64,000 nt of DNA from Octopus vulgaris (taxonomy: Eukaryota). The position numbers were made by a program, and so were the translations under genes. Within the stretch, counting starts at the first letter, position 1. The number at the start of each line of letters is the position of its first letter. The stretch covers positions 6,510,001 through 6,574,000 of the forward strand of contig OX597815.1 of NCBI GenBank assembly GCA_951406725.2. The letters are read 5' to 3'. Shown in pieces: positions 1 to 13,925 of the stretch. A model generated the notes under the pieces. That model was not told where the DNA came from, did not search any database, and worked only from the letters and a program-made list of their open reading frames with translations.

Positions 1-51
1 AAACGTTAAAAGATTTGGCTTCAAAGCACTCAGAACTTGACGGACAACCTA

Positions 52-390
52 ATATATACGACGGGTTTCTTTCAGTTTCCCTCTACCAAATCCACCCCGA
101 AGGCTTTGGTCAACCTGAGGCTACAGTAGAAAAAGTTTTAACCGTGCTACGTTTCTGGTGTGTTCAAAGAAACGTTAAAAGATTTGGCTTCAAAGTACTC
201 AGAACTTCCCGGACAACCTAATATATACGACGGGTTTCTTTCAGTTTCCGTCTACCAAATCCACCCCGAAGGCTTTGGTCAACCTGAGGCTACAGTAGAA
301 GATTTTTAACCTAAGCTGTCACGCAGTGTGACTGTACCCGGAACAATGTGGTTGAGAAGCAAACTTCTTACCACAAAGCCACGCCTGTGC
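52..390 (-). mobile_element. tRNA-derived SINE family A, 5' half, partly duplicated (about 169-bp tandem duplication starting at 1 and 170)
   Basis: Reverse complement of the family A head (GGCGTGGCTTTGTGGTAAGAAGTTTGCTT...GTAGACGGAAACTGAAAGAAACCCGTCG); 1-130 is repeated at 170-300. Confidence 0.8.
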
Positions 391-804
391 CAACGAACGG
401 ACAGTGAGTCAGAGACAGATAAATATAAAATTATGGCGCATTATTAATATATGACGTCATCTACTGATATAATAACTTTTGTTATCACGTGACTGGAAAT
501 AGATTTAATATAACAGCTGTTGTAAACTGCGTATATATACCTGAACCTACACACTGCAGTAGACTACATGTTCCCCAGTATATAAATACATCTATAGACT
601 ATGGATGTTATGTGAATAAGTGCATGCTACAAGCAAAAGTTTGAAGTACCAAATAACCCATTACGCATAATAAATTTAACTCCTGTAAAAGTACTGAGTC
701 CTCGCTTAAGTAAAAAAAAATTATAACTTTATAATTTAAACCCCAAAACATGAACACTTATATACTGATATTCATACATAATACATACATACATAACATA
801 TATG

Positions 805-980
805 ATAGATCGCTAGCCACTACACATTCTTTATTTTCTCTCCTTGATTCTTTCTGTGTTCCTTTCAGTGGAAGAGCGTAGGCTCGAAACGTTAAAGACT
901 TTTCACTTCCCGAGCATTAAACTAATACATCTGTTTGTTGTTTACACACCTGTCTTCGACTTTTTTTTGTCAATTCTCCC
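805..980 (+). mobile_element. Short Penelope-like 3' remnant with a degenerate minimal hammerhead (862-897), followed by (TA)n
   Basis: CTTT-CAGTGGA-A-GAGC gtag GCTC-GAAA-CG-TT-AAAG has the same layout as 1613-1647 but a mutated core. Confidence 0.55.
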
Positions 981-1030
<50 letters not shown>

Positions 1031-1095
1031 TTTTCTCATTTTCCCCTTACATTTCCACGTGTATTTTATATTTTCTTTTTGTAACATATTTCTAC

Positions 1096-1147
<52 letters not shown>

Positions 1148-1149
1148 AC

Positions 1150-1550
1150 TATACTCAACAGTGAACATTGGATATGTATTATATGTGACCGTGTTCTGTT
1201 GTCAAAATTAGGATACGTGAACCATATGATGTCACATGAACATCGTAGGTAATGATATTGGACACCAACCACCTCTTACGATTTGTGTCATATATCGCAA
1301 AACTTGTAAGACAATATCTGGACTTAAAATACATATGCTAGTTCACAAAGACATTCCTTCAGAATCAGATTCCAAAGAGCAAAACTATAGAAGAAAATTG
1401 AATAATATCTGTCACTTGTGTTTTTAACCCTCTCAGTCAGCAGCTGGTCTTAAAAGTCGTCTATGAGCTCATCGACGGAGTGATTGTATTGTGTGATGGG
1501 ATGTGGTGTGTGTTGATGGGACGGCTATCATCTCTCAAGATGAAGGACCG
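1150..1550 (+). mobile_element. Decayed RTE-type LINE 3' end (C-terminal zinc-finger-like remnants)
   Basis: Translates as ..CVIYRKTCKTISGLKIHMLVH.. and ..ICHLCF..AAGLKS.. with stops and frameshifts, followed by a short 3' UTR-like stem-loop. Confidence 0.45.
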
Positions 1551-1750
1551 CGTGTGTACCGTTGGCGATTTTTTCCTCCGTCTTCCCTTCTCTAGATCTT
1601 TCCTTCTCCAATGTTTCTGACGAAGAGCTCCGCTCGAAACGTTAAACCCTCCTTCTTCCCTTCCTTCCTGAGCGTCCAATAATACTATATTTGTTCCACG
1701 TCCTCACGTTGTTGTGTTTTCTCTTTGTGTTTTCATGTTTGGATTAACTA
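1546..1750 (+). mobile_element. Short repeat carrying a minimal hammerhead, ending in (TA)n; second copy at 20725-20937
   Basis: About 200 bp near-identical to 20725-20937; contains CTGACGA...GAAACGTT. Confidence 0.75.
1613..1647 (+). ncRNA. Minimal type-I hammerhead ribozyme motif (Penelope-type, probably active only as a dimer)
   Basis: Stem I GTTT/AAAC, core CTGACGA, extra A, stem II GAGC-tcc-GCTC, GAAA, palindromic AACGTT stem III, GUU site. Confidence 0.75.
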
Positions 1751-1761
1751 TATATATATAT

Positions 1762-2460
1762 ATGAAAGGCAAAGTCGACCTCGGCGGAATTTGAACCCAG
1801 AACGTAACGGCAGACGAAATACGGCTACGCATTTCGCCCGGCGTGCTAACGTTTCTGCCAGCTCGCCACCTTAATTAATTACATATTCTTTTCTATTCTA
1901 GAATCAAGGCCCGAAAATTTGGGGGAGAGGGCCAGCGATTAGATCGACCCAGTAAGCAACTGGTACTTAATTTATCGACCCTGAAAAGATGAAAGGCAAA
2001 GTCGACCTCGGTGGAATTTGAACTCAGCACGTACAGACGACGTCCTAAAGATTCTTTTCTACTCTAGAAAGAAGGCCCGAAAATTTTTGGGAGGGGGTCA
2101 GTCGATTAGATTGAGCCCAGTAAGTAACTGGTACTTAATTTATCGACCCTGAAAGGATAAAAAGCAAAGTGGACCTTGGCAGAATTTGAACTCAAAATGT
2201 ACAGACAGACGAAATACCTATTTCTTTACTACCCACAAGGGGGCTAAACACAGAGAGGACAAACAAGGACAGGCAAACGGATTAAGTCGATTATATCGAT
2301 CTCAGTGCGTAACTGGTACTTATTTAATCGACTCCGAAAGGATAAAAAGCAAAGTCGACCTCGGCGGAATTTGAACTCAGAACTCAGAATGTATAGACAG
2401 ACGAAATAGTGCTAAGCATCTTGCCCAGCATGCTAACGTTTCTGCCAGCTCACCGCCTTA
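1762..2460 (-). mobile_element. Cluster of tRNA-derived SINE family B units
   Basis: Reverse complement of GGCGGCGAGCTGGCAGAAACGTTAGC...GAGTTCAAATTCCGCCGAGGTCGACTTTGCCTTTCATCCTTTCGGGGTCGAT; A/B-box-like head. Confidence 0.9.
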
Positions 2461-2831
2461 ATATGAATATTTATTGCCATTACGTTGAACGTGGGTCGGT
2501 TTAGTTCGGCTGTGAACGTATTTCAGTTTGAGAGGAAACGGCATTTCACTGGACTACACAGGAATACGGTGTCCGGTCGTCTGTTGTCTTTCGAGAATTT
2601 ATCGATATCTTTGTTTGTTTTGTGAATCAGCGTTTCATAGATACGGAGATTATTGGTGTTTGAATAGAAGTGATTGGTAATTGGTAATCGGTGTTCAATA
2701 ATCGTAAAATGATTAATTGGGAAGGAAAGGAAAGAGGAAAGCAGGGGGGGAAGAAGTGAAGTGAGCGAGAATGAAAGAGTGTGAAGGAAAATGAAGGAAT
2801 CAGAGACAAAAGAAGAGAAAGGAGGCAAAAA

Positions 2832-3043
2832 GGAAGAAAGAAGAAGAAGAAGAAGAAGAAGAAGAAGAAGAAGAAGAAGAAGAAGGAGAAGAAGAAGAAG
2901 AAGAAGAAGAAGAAGAAGAAGGGGAGGAGGAGGAGGAGGAGACGAAGAAGAAGAAGAAGAAGAAGAAGAAGAAGAAGAAGGGGAGGAGGAGGAAAAGAAG
3001 AAGAAGAAGAAGAAGAAGAAGAAGAAGAAGAAGAAGAAGAAGA
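2832..3043 (+). repeat. (GAA)n/(GGA)n trinucleotide array
   Basis: Direct reading. Confidence 0.97.
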
Positions 3044-3059
3044 ATATATTTAAAAAATG

Positions 3060-3213
3060 GCGTCAACTGCGGCCATGCTGGGGCACCGCCTTAAAGGGTT
3101 TTAGTCGAACAAATCGAGAACGGTATTTATTTTTAAAACGTCTGTGTTTGTAACTTTTGCCGAACTGCTAAGTTAAGGAAACAACACCAGTTGTGGAGCG
3201 GTGGGGGAACAAA

Positions 3214-3248
<35 letters not shown>

Positions 3249-3419
3249 ACGTATACGATGGGCGTCTTCACAGTTTCAGTCTACCAAATTCAGTCAGAAA
3301 CCATTGGTCGGCCACAGGCTGTAGCAGAAGACACTTGCCCAAGATGCCGCGCAATGGAATTGAACCCGCAACAATGTAGTTGCAAAGCGAGCTTCTTAAC
3401 TACACAGCTATGCAGCGCC

Positions 3420-3420
<1 letters not shown>
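3060..3420 (-). mobile_element. SINE family A, diverged
   Basis: Tail CTGCGGCCATGCTGGGGCACCGCCTT, internal (CA)n, head GAAGACACTTGCCCAAG. Confidence 0.8.
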
Positions 3421-3455
<35 letters not shown>

Positions 3456-3526
3456 AACAGATAGAGAGACAGAGAGAGAGACAGACAGACAGACAGACAT
3501 ACAGACAGACAGAAACAGATAGAGAC

Positions 3527-3563
<37 letters not shown>

Positions 3564-3628
3564 TACAGAGAGAGAGACAGACAGACAGAAACAGAGAGAG
3601 AGACAGAGAGAGACACAGGCAGAGACAC

Positions 3629-3681
<53 letters not shown>

Positions 3682-3766
3682 AACAGAGAGAGACAGAGAG
3701 AGAGATAGACAGACAGGCAGACAGATACAGAGAGAGAGACAGACAGACAGAAACAGAGAGAGATAC

Positions 3767-3797
<31 letters not shown>

Positions 3798-3866
3798 GAC
3801 AGACAGACAGAAACAGAGAGAGAGAGACAGAGAGAGACACAGGCAGAGACACAGGCAGAGAGAGAC

Positions 3867-3905
<39 letters not shown>

Positions 3906-3918
3906 AACAGAGAGAGAC

Positions 3919-3957
<39 letters not shown>

Positions 3958-3997
3958 AGACAGAGAGACACAGAGAGAGAGAGACAGACAGACAGAC

Positions 3998-4040
<43 letters not shown>

Positions 4041-4043
4041 TGC

Positions 4044-4088
<45 letters not shown>

Positions 4089-4128
4089 GAGAGAGAGAGA
4101 CAGACATAGACAGACAGACAGACAGACA
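3421..4128 (+). repeat. Compound (GACA)n/(GA)n microsatellite with higher-order re-duplication
   Basis: Direct reading; source of the spurious 187-310 aa ORFs. Confidence 0.97.
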
Positions 4129-4869
4129 GGTGGTGAAGTGTGTGTGGTAATATAACAGACTGTTTCGTTTTTGGCATCTTGTATTTACACGGATACAAAT
4201 ATGAGATGTATATTTGAAATACGAGACGCTTGTTATAAATATAAGGCCCCGCGTTATGTGCCCCACCGGTTTTACGCCGGGATTAAATTTAGAAACGAAT
4301 GTCTGCGGAATATTCAGCCAATCACACTGCAATACATGTAATACAACGAGCGCGTAGTTTTGTTGTTTGAACGAATGGAATATTCATCTTCGTCGAGAAC
4401 GACGGAGGACCCATTTACTTATTAGAAGCATCACTCAAGGGATCTAAATGCGATAGAAGACATATCATTTATTTATGATCAGATAAATATTCGATGTTTC
4501 TTATCGATCTCCCCATTGTTGGAAACAAGTTGCATTCCCAGACAAACCGTAATAAACATCCAAGACATTTTGGTGCCAAACAACATTTGACATTCACAAA
4601 TATACAAAATTATTGGATTATTACTTTAGCTTTTTTTTTTTTTTTTTTTTTGTTAAACCGGGATATTAATCTTTCCGTGGTTTGTGTCCTTGCCGCGTGT
4701 TCTATCACAAAATGTCGGTGAAATATCACAGTGTATAAATATCTTACAACATATCACAGCATGTTACGGTACCAACCAATGAAGGAGCTTCTAGGCGAGC
4801 ATTAAATCTGCTAAAAATAACTACTCTGCTCCTTTTTTAACGTTGTTGTAAGCCAACCGTATCCAGCCA

Positions 4870-5445
4870 TAGGCGCAGGAGTGGCTGTGTGGTAAGTAGC
4901 TTGCTTATGAACTACATGGTTCCGGCTTCAGTCCCACTGCGTGGCATCTTGGGCAAGTGTCTTCTACCATAGCCTCGGGCCGACCAAAGCCTTGTGAGTG
5001 GATTTGGTAGACGGAAACTGAAAGAAGCCCGTCATAGGCGCAGGAGTGGCTGTGTGGTAAGTAGCTTCTTATGAACTACATGGTTCCGGGTTCAGTCCAC
5101 TGCGTGGCATCTTGGGCAAATGTCTTCTACCATAGCCTCGGGCCGACCAAAGCCTTGTGAGTGGATTTGGTAGACGGAAACTGAAAGAAGCCCGTCGTAT
5201 ATAAGTATATATATATATATATAAGTGTGTGTGTGTATATGTTTGTGTGTCTGTCTTTGTCCCTCTAGCATTGCTTGACAACCGATGCTGGTGTGTTTAC
5301 GTCCCCGTCACTTAGCGGTTCGGCAAAAAGAGACCGATAGAATAAGTACTGGGCTTACAAAGAATAAGTCCCGGGGTCGATTTGCTCGACTAAAGGCGGT
5401 GCTCCAGCATGGCCACAGTCAAATGACTGAAACAAGTAAAAGAGA
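4870..5445 (+). mobile_element. Full SINE family A with its 165-bp head duplicated in tandem
   Basis: 4870-5034 repeated from 5035; tRNA-like head TGGCTGTGTGGTAAG...GGTTCAGTCCC, internal (TA)(TG) tract, tail GGCGGTGCTCCAGCATGGCCACAGTCAAATGACTGAAAC. Confidence 0.92.
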
Positions 5446-5465
5446 GAGAGAGAGAGAAAGTAATA

Positions 5466-5815
<350 letters not shown>

Positions 5816-6129
5816 TTGAAAAAAAAATAATAAGCTTTCAGGTACACGCGCACACACACACACGTGTCTGTGTTGAAGGGTTTAGCGTCCGAAACGGTAA
5901 TGCATATTCCCTTTGTTAAAACTTGTCCCTTCTGTGTTGTCTTTTCCTTCGACTGCCTTCACAATATGTGTGTGTGTATGTGTGTGTGCATACATATACA
6001 TTAGCCAAAAAATCATTATATCATTATTAATATATTTCAGGATAGCAAAAAAGAATTTAGAAATTTTTTGCTACCAGTGGTCTAGCGAGAACAAAAAACT
6101 AGTCAATAGACTATATATTATTCATATAA

Positions 6130-6202
6130 AAATACAGTGTACATTTAAGCACATAAGAGATGTCCTATCATGGCCATCTCTTATGTGTTTAAATGTACAC
6201 TG

Positions 6203-6207
<5 letters not shown>
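6130..6207. repeat. 33-bp inverted repeat (fold-back) abutting (TA)n
   Basis: AAATACAGTGTACATTTAAGCACATAAGAGATG and its reverse complement with 1 mismatch, 12-nt loop. Confidence 0.9.
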
Positions 6208-6780
<573 letters not shown>

Positions 6781-7873
6781 GCGTATATACAATCGCTATA
6801 TACTTTGTCCGTTAATGGTGGAGCGCAGATTTTTTTTTAAATCAAACTGGTGCGTAGGACAAAAAAAAATGCAAGATGACGGATAAGATCTTGAATAGTT
6901 TTCTCACCAAAACTCAACTGAAACAATTCCTTTCATTAATAAGTTAATAAATTCGTGACTTAAACAATAAAGATTGTAATCTTTTGGTCGTCTGCGTCTC
7001 TCGTGGAAATGAATAGCTGTCGTCTGATGTTTGCTTTCCTGCATATTATTCTTATTGTTGCCAATGCGTCTTCACCGAGTTCCAGATTAGCCGCCCTGGC
7101 CGTGTGTGGCGTCGGTAACATTCCAGCTACAAATTTCAATGAAAGACCAAACATGACAGTTATTTCGTACCCCAGCCTCTCTATCCGGTAGATTTTTGCA
7201 TTTTATATTGATTAACAGTGCAAATAAGTACTTGGCACTAGAGAAAATTAAATGATACGAATATATATAAATTGGGTTTCTTTTGTCTCACATTTGATGT
7301 TATTAATACAGCTTCAATAAACCAAGCGTATAGATTCAAATTAAAAATACTTTGATTTCATTGTATTTTCAGTCAAAAGAACCAAGTGATCGTTGATTAT
7401 TTCTCTGTTTTAATGAAGCGCTTGAATGAATGGGAAACAGGTCTTCTTTAGGCCAGACCAAAACCAAACATACGTTAATAAACATTTTTATCTGTCTGTA
7501 TGACACTCTGTCTCTCTTGTAAGCTTGCTGCTTTGTACTACTCGTACTTGTGGCGGTATTCACCCGGGGTAGGTTGAGCCGGCTCGCGAAATATTTTTTC
7601 CCACGAGAGTTCCGGATCCCAGTAATGAACTCATTTGCATACAGCCACATGCTGTGTACTACTACGGAGACCGAAAAAAAAGGGTCTGGATTAACGGTTG
7701 CACATATTTACACCTGTGTAAGTCATACAATTTTATACTTGATTTTAAGTAAGAAAAATAAACTGGGAGCGATCTTTCGCCAGCGGTAAAAGCTAAAACA
7801 ATAAAGAGGAAGAAAGTTTGTATCAAGATCATGGTCGTGTCTTATACACGAGTAAATATGGTTAGTAAAAGCA

Positions 7874-8369
7874 TATTAAGACGGCGAGCTGGCAGAAACG
7901 TTAGCGCGCTGGGCGAAATGCTTAGCGGTATTTCGTCTGCCGTTATGTTTTGAGTTCAAATTCCGCCGAGGTCGACTTTGCCTTTCATCTTTTCGAGGGG
8001 TCGATAAATTAAGTACCAGTTACGCACTGGGGTCGGTGTAATCGACTTAATCCGTTTGTCTGTCCTTGTTTGTCCCCGCTGTGTTTAGCCCCTTGTGGGT
8101 AGTAAAGAAACAGGTATTTCGTCTGTCTCTTTAGAAAAAGGCGGCGAGCTGGTAGAAACGTTAGCGCGCCGGGCGAAATGCTTAGCGGTATTTCGCCTGC
8201 CTCTACGTTCTGAGTTCGAATTCCGCCGAGGTCGACTTTGCCTTTCATCCTTTCGGTGTCGATTAAATAAGTACCAGTTACGCACTGGGGTCGATGTAAT
8301 CGACTTAATCCGTTTGTCTGTCCTTGTTTGTTCTCTCTGTGTTTAGCCCCTTGTGGGTAATAAAGAAAT
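7874..8369 (+). mobile_element. SINE family B dimer with a 20-bp target-site duplication
   Basis: AAATATGGTTAGTAAAAGCA at 7854-7873 and 8366-8385 flanks two head-containing units. Confidence 0.92.
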
Positions 8370-8865
8370 ATGGTTAGTAAAAGCACGCTTTTTTTCATGA
8401 CTTTATTCAGAAAATAATAAGACGACCATAAAAAAATACATTTGCAACGTCCGTTATTTTGTTCAAGTAGTAAGGTCATATAAGAAGAGCCAATGGCTTG
8501 CAAAGACCACTGCCATTGCTCAAAAACTGTGCGGGTGGTGGTGGTGGGAAAGGAGAGGCGAACAGAGAAAAAGGTGGACAACGTCAAGGAATAAACAGAT
8601 AACGCGCGAGCGGTGACTCGAACGCTGGCAAAATACAACTGGTGTTTAATAATATGTTATGATAGCGCCCCCCTACGACTCCTTAGGTACTTGGAGGTAA
8701 GGGAAGACAACTGCGATTAGGGGGTCTGAAAGCGAAATCTATGACTCATGGGAGTCTTCATAGCTTTAACTCTTGCTCCTGAAGAAGGGTTGCCCCCCCC
8801 CCACCAGTTTATTTTTTTCACTGGAAATCAAGCATAAACCTCTGTGGTTTATAGACGTGCAAATA

Positions 8866-8954
<89 letters not shown>

Positions 8955-9228
8955 TGTGTGTGTGCGTGTGTGTGTTAATAAATAAATAAAACTTCTTTAA
9001 AAAATTGCTTTGTAAAGAAATGGTGAAATGGCGAATGACTCAGAAACCGAACCGGATCCTTGGGACTTTATTCCTCACTGCGAGGAAAGTGAATAACTGT
9101 GGCAATTTTCGAACTAAATGCATGCAACCGAAAGCGCGATTGTGGATCGAACTTGGGTTGCCGAGGCGTAAAACGGCGCTTAGAAACTCACAAATCGCTT
9201 CTGGTGCTAAAAAAAAAATAATAATAAT

Positions 9229-9388
9229 AATAGGAGTGGCTGTGTGGTAAGTAGCTTGCTAACAAACCACATGGTTCCGGGTTCAGTCCCACTGCGTGGC
9301 ACCTTGGGCAAGTGTCTTCTGCTATAGCCCCGGGCCGACCAATGCCTTGTGAGTGGATTTGGTAGACGGAAACTGAAAGAAGCCTGTC

Positions 9389-9447
<59 letters not shown>

Positions 9448-9660
9448 CGTGTCTTTGTGTGTCTGTGTTTGTCCCCCTAGCATTGCTTGACAACCGATGC
9501 TGGTGTGTTTACGTCCCCGTCACTTAGCGGTTCGGCAAGAGAGACCGATAGAATAAGTACTGGGCTTACAAAGAATAAGTCCCGGGGTCGATTTGCTCGA
9601 CTAAAGGCGGTGCTCCAGCATGGCCGCAGTCAAATGACTGAAACTAGTAAAAGAGTAGAA
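9229..9660 (+). mobile_element. Full SINE family A
   Basis: Near-identical to 5035-5445 and 14728-15178. Confidence 0.93.
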
Positions 9661-10093
9661 GAGAGTAATGATAATAATAAACCTGTCCCCTTCGAGGATG
9701 CAAGGACGTTGGGCAGGAATTTCTTGGGCAGGAATCTTCGCATATATTGAAAGATGCATTCAAAGACAGGGTCTTAAGTGGGAAGGTAGACCAAGGAACA
9801 CCTACCACAAAACTACAAGAACTCCTCCCCATTCGCCGCCCCGCAATGTGTTTGTGTGAGTAAGACTTGAATTTCGATGGCTCTGTCTACAGTAATTAAG
9901 AGGAGTCGAAAGAAATTTTGCATTCCCTGATTAAATTCATCTTCAAAGATCCTGTCTTTGAATCATCCATCCCCAATAGTTCATTTTCGATATACATATT
10001 AGTATTTCTATATTTTTAACAACTAAGACAAAACGAGTGAATCACTAGGAGCTGCCTGCTTGCCTGCCTGCCATTGACAATGAGGCCAGGAAT

Positions 10094-10094
<1 letters not shown>

Positions 10095-10157
<63 letters not shown>

Positions 10158-10197
10158 GAAAAATAGATGGATGAATGGATGGATGGATGGATGGATG

Positions 10198-10260
<63 letters not shown>

Positions 10261-10273
10261 GGATGGATGGATG

Positions 10274-10331
<58 letters not shown>

Positions 10332-10371
10332 GAAAAATAGATAGATGGATGGATGGATGGATGGATGGATG

Positions 10372-10446
<75 letters not shown>

Positions 10447-10517
10447 GGATGGATGGATGGATGGATAGATAGATAGATAGAGAAAAATAAATAGATGGAT
10501 GGATAGATGGATAGATA
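10095..10517 (+). repeat. (GATA)n/(GGAT)n array
   Basis: Direct reading. Confidence 0.97.
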
Positions 10518-10912
10518 AAGGAGAAGGGGGGAAGTAAAGAAGTTAAACTCACTGATTTTTTCCGATGACTAACAACAACGATGACAAGCAATGACAAAAC
10601 AAAAGTACGAATGTAAAAAAAGCCGAAAGCTTGTTCAAGTGTAAAATGTTTTTATGCAAAGAATTAAACGACGACGAAATATTAGAGAAATGAGGTCAGG
10701 TTTGAGGTTGGGACCTGATTATATTAAAAGATAGGCTTGATGTCATTTCAATGGCGTGTGTACATAATTGAAATATTATTAAATGTCTTAGCAATGGTTG
10801 ATATTTCAGCTATGTGGATGCTTAACATTCTCCAATTACAACCAGCGATGAACAATAAACAACGACACTAAACTGAACTTCCTTTTCTTGGCGTGGTCGC
10901 TGGACATGCTAG

Positions 10913-11485
10913 AAATACAGGACAATTCTCGCCGAGGTCCACTTCGCCTTTCATCGTTTCGGGGTCGATTAAATAAGTACCTATTTCTTTACTACCCACA
11001 AGGGGCTAAACACAGAGAGGACAGACAAGGAGATTAAGTCGATTACATCGACCCCAGTGCGTAACTGGTACTTAATTTATCGACCCCGAAAGAATGAAAG
11101 GCAAAGTCGACCTCGGCGGAATTTGAACTCAGAACGTAGCGGCAGACGAAATACGGCTACGCATTTCGTCCGGCGTGCTAACGTTTCTGCCAGCTCGCCG
11201 ATTAAATAATTACCTGTTACACACTGGGGTCGATGTAATCGACTTAATCCCTTTGTAGTCCTTGTTTGTCCCCTCTATGTTTAGCCCCCTGTGGGCAATA
11301 AAGAAATAAATATAGGACAATTTTCGCCAAGGTCCACTTCGCCTTTCATCGTTTTGGGGTCGATTAAATAATAACCTGTTACACACTGGGGTCGATGTAA
11401 TCGACTTAATTCCTTTGTAGTCCTTGTTTGTCCCCTCTATGTTTAGCCCCCTGTGGGCAATAAAGAAATAAATATAGGATAATTT
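10913..11485 (+). mobile_element. Two tandem 5'-truncated SINE B copies, the first interrupted by an antisense full SINE B (about 10983-11199)
   Basis: AAATA(C/T)AGGA(C/T)AATT occurs three times as a boundary; the nested copy is flanked by CGATTAAATAA(G/T)TACCT. Confidence 0.85.
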
Positions 11486-11590
11486 TTACTCAAATCATTG
11501 CCCACCATAAGTGTGGGAACGAAATTTGTCTACGAGGTGCAAACCCATTCTTCAAGAGAATGTTCAAAGCGTTTTCATAGAATCTCCACT

Positions 11591-11760
11591 ACTAGTGTAG
11601 CTAGTGTGAGTGTGCCGCCCGGGGCGACCCTTCGGCTTGCCGTTCCAGGACCCCACAAAAAAAACACATTGCCTACAGCAGACCCAAAAGTGCTGCACCT
11701 TTAAAAGTTCCACCCGGGGCGGACTGCCCCTACCACCAACCACCCCCAGCTACGCTAGTG
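11591..11760. mobile_element. MITE-like element with short terminal inverted repeats
   Basis: ACTAGTGTAGCT ... AGCTACGCTAGT termini and inverted internal CCCGGGGCG motifs. Confidence 0.5.
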
Positions 11761-11869
11761 ACCCCCACCTATTTACAATAAATTTAGGGGAGGAGACTTT
11801 TGCCAATACTTGCACTCCCTGTCTATGCGGCCCACTATCTTGTTGTTCTCAACAGTTTTAGAGGTGTGT

Positions 11870-12330
11870 AAACCCCAGTATTTGGCCGGTACTTTTGACC
11901 TTGGCGGGGTTTGAACTTGGAACATAAAGAACAGAGAGTTGCCGCAAAGCACTTCGTCCGACGGGCGGACCATTCTGCCAGCTCGACACCTCAATAATAC
12001 TCCTTTCTACTATAAGCACAAGGCCTGGAATATTGGGGGAGGAGGTGATGGGTCAGTTACATCGAACCCCAGAGCTCGACTGGTATTCAATTTATCGACC
12101 CTGAAAGGATAAAAGGCAAGGTCGACCTCGGCGGGATTTGAACTCAGAACGTAGCGACGAGCGAAATACGCTAAGCATTTCGTCCAGCGCGCTAAAGATT
12201 CTGCTAGCTCGCCGCCTTAATAATTCTTTTTACTATTTGTGGGGAGAGGGGTTAAGTCTATGAGATCGACTCCAGTGCGTAACTGGTACTTAATTTATCA
12301 ACCCCGAAAGGATGAAAGGCAAAGTCGACA
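11870..12330 (-). mobile_element. Diverged SINE B copies
   Basis: GAAAGGATGAAAGGCAAAGTCGAC core repeated. Confidence 0.8.
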
Positions 12331-12418
12331 AGACAAAACAATGTACATGATGACACTTCCAATTAGTTAAGATCAGAATCCATGAGAGCCACTGCCTGGC
12401 ACTGCATCAGGGCATTTA

Positions 12419-12467
<49 letters not shown>

Positions 12468-12469
<2 letters not shown>

Positions 12470-12966
12470 CTTTTTTTTTTCTTCTTTCAAATTTTCTTCC
12501 ATTTCTTGCCGAGTGTCTTCCCGACTCCTAGGGCAAAGAAACTCATAGTGTATATTGGTAGGCCATTAAACCAAACTCAATAGTTCGTTCCTTTTTTTTT
12601 TTTTTTTTTTTTGTTTAAGTTAAAATACATGAGCAGCAACAGTTCTCACATCGACAATGCTCTTCTCAATACGTGTGATGTACCAGTTAAGACAATCTTT
12701 TGCACTTCTTGCAGGGATGGTAAGCCAGGGATCATTCTCATATAATTTTCGGTTCCCTTCTTGATCATTCCTAGTGCTCCTACGATCACTGGTATTGTAA
12801 CCGCCTTGAGATGCCACATTTTCTCAATTTCAATGAGTAGGTCTTTATATTTTCTGAGCTTGTCAAACTCTTTCGCTGAGATATTATGATCACAGGGGAT
12901 GCTCATGTCGATCAATAAGCAAACTTTATTGTTTTGGTCTTTCATTATTGTTTTGGTCTTTCATTA
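12468..12966 (-). mobile_element. R4/Dong-clade non-LTR retrotransposon 3' fragment (restriction-like endonuclease end) within (TAA)n
   Basis: ORF 12646-12945 CLLIDMSIPCDHNISAKEFDKLRKYKDL..MWHL..IPVIVGALG; (ATT)n on both sides, matching known Dong targeting of TAA repeats. Confidence 0.85.
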
Positions 12967-12986
12967 TAATAATAATAATAATAATA

Positions 12987-13050
<64 letters not shown>

Positions 13051-13124
13051 CGGTCACTGCCTGGAATGGAACTCAGAATCTTGGGGTGAGTAGCCCGCGC
13101 TACTATATGTCTGCTATAATTAAT

Positions 13125-13925
13125 TTCCTTCTTTCTACTCGAAGCACAAAGTCTGACACATTTTGTGGGAAGGAGCAAGTCGATCACATCGACCCCAGTA
13201 CGCAACTGGTACTTATTTTATCGACCCCAAAAGGATAAAAGGTAAAGTCGACGTTGGTGGAATTTGAACTCAGGACTTATTCAGCCGGAAGAAATATCGC
13301 TAAATATTGGTTTCAAATTTTGGCACAAGGCCAGCAATTTCAGTGAGGGGGATAGTCGATTAGGTCGACCCCAGTGTGTCAACTGGTATTTATTTTATCG
13401 ACCCAGAGGGGATGAAAGGCAATTTTGACCTCGGCAGAATTTGAACGTAAAGACTTACAAACTGCTTCTAAGCATGTTGCCCGGCGGGTTAACGAATCGG
13501 CCAGCTTGCCGCCTTAAGAATACAATTAATACGAAGTCAAGGGGTTCCGAGTTCAAATTCCACCAGGGACATTTTGCCTTTCGTCCTTTCGGGGTCGATA
13601 AATTAAGAACCAGTTGAGCACAGGGGTTGATGTAATCTATTTCTTTACTACCCACAAGGGGCTAAACACGGAGGGGACAAACAAGGACAGACAAACGGAT
13701 TAAGTTGATTACATCGACCCCAGTGCATAACTGGTACTTAATTTATCGACCTCCGAAAGGATGAAAAGCAAAGTCGACCTCGGCGGAATTTGAACTCAGA
13801 ACGTAACGGCAGACGAATTACGGTTACGCATTTCGCCCGGCGTGCTAACGTTTCTGCCAGGGGTTGATGTAATCGATTAGTCCCCTTCCCCCAAATTGCT
13901 GGCCTTGTGCTAAAATAAGAAACGA
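13125..13925. mobile_element. SINE B cluster including an antisense copy (13638-13860) nested in a sense copy
   Basis: GGGGTTGATGTAATC duplicated at about 13623-13637 and 13860-13874. Confidence 0.85.

Noticed and set aside
2781-4332. Long ORFs of 90-310 aa (also near 6.2, 10.0, 18.2, 25, 41.5, 45.8, 47.1 and 61.5 kb)
   Set aside because: Translations of microsatellites with no domain content.
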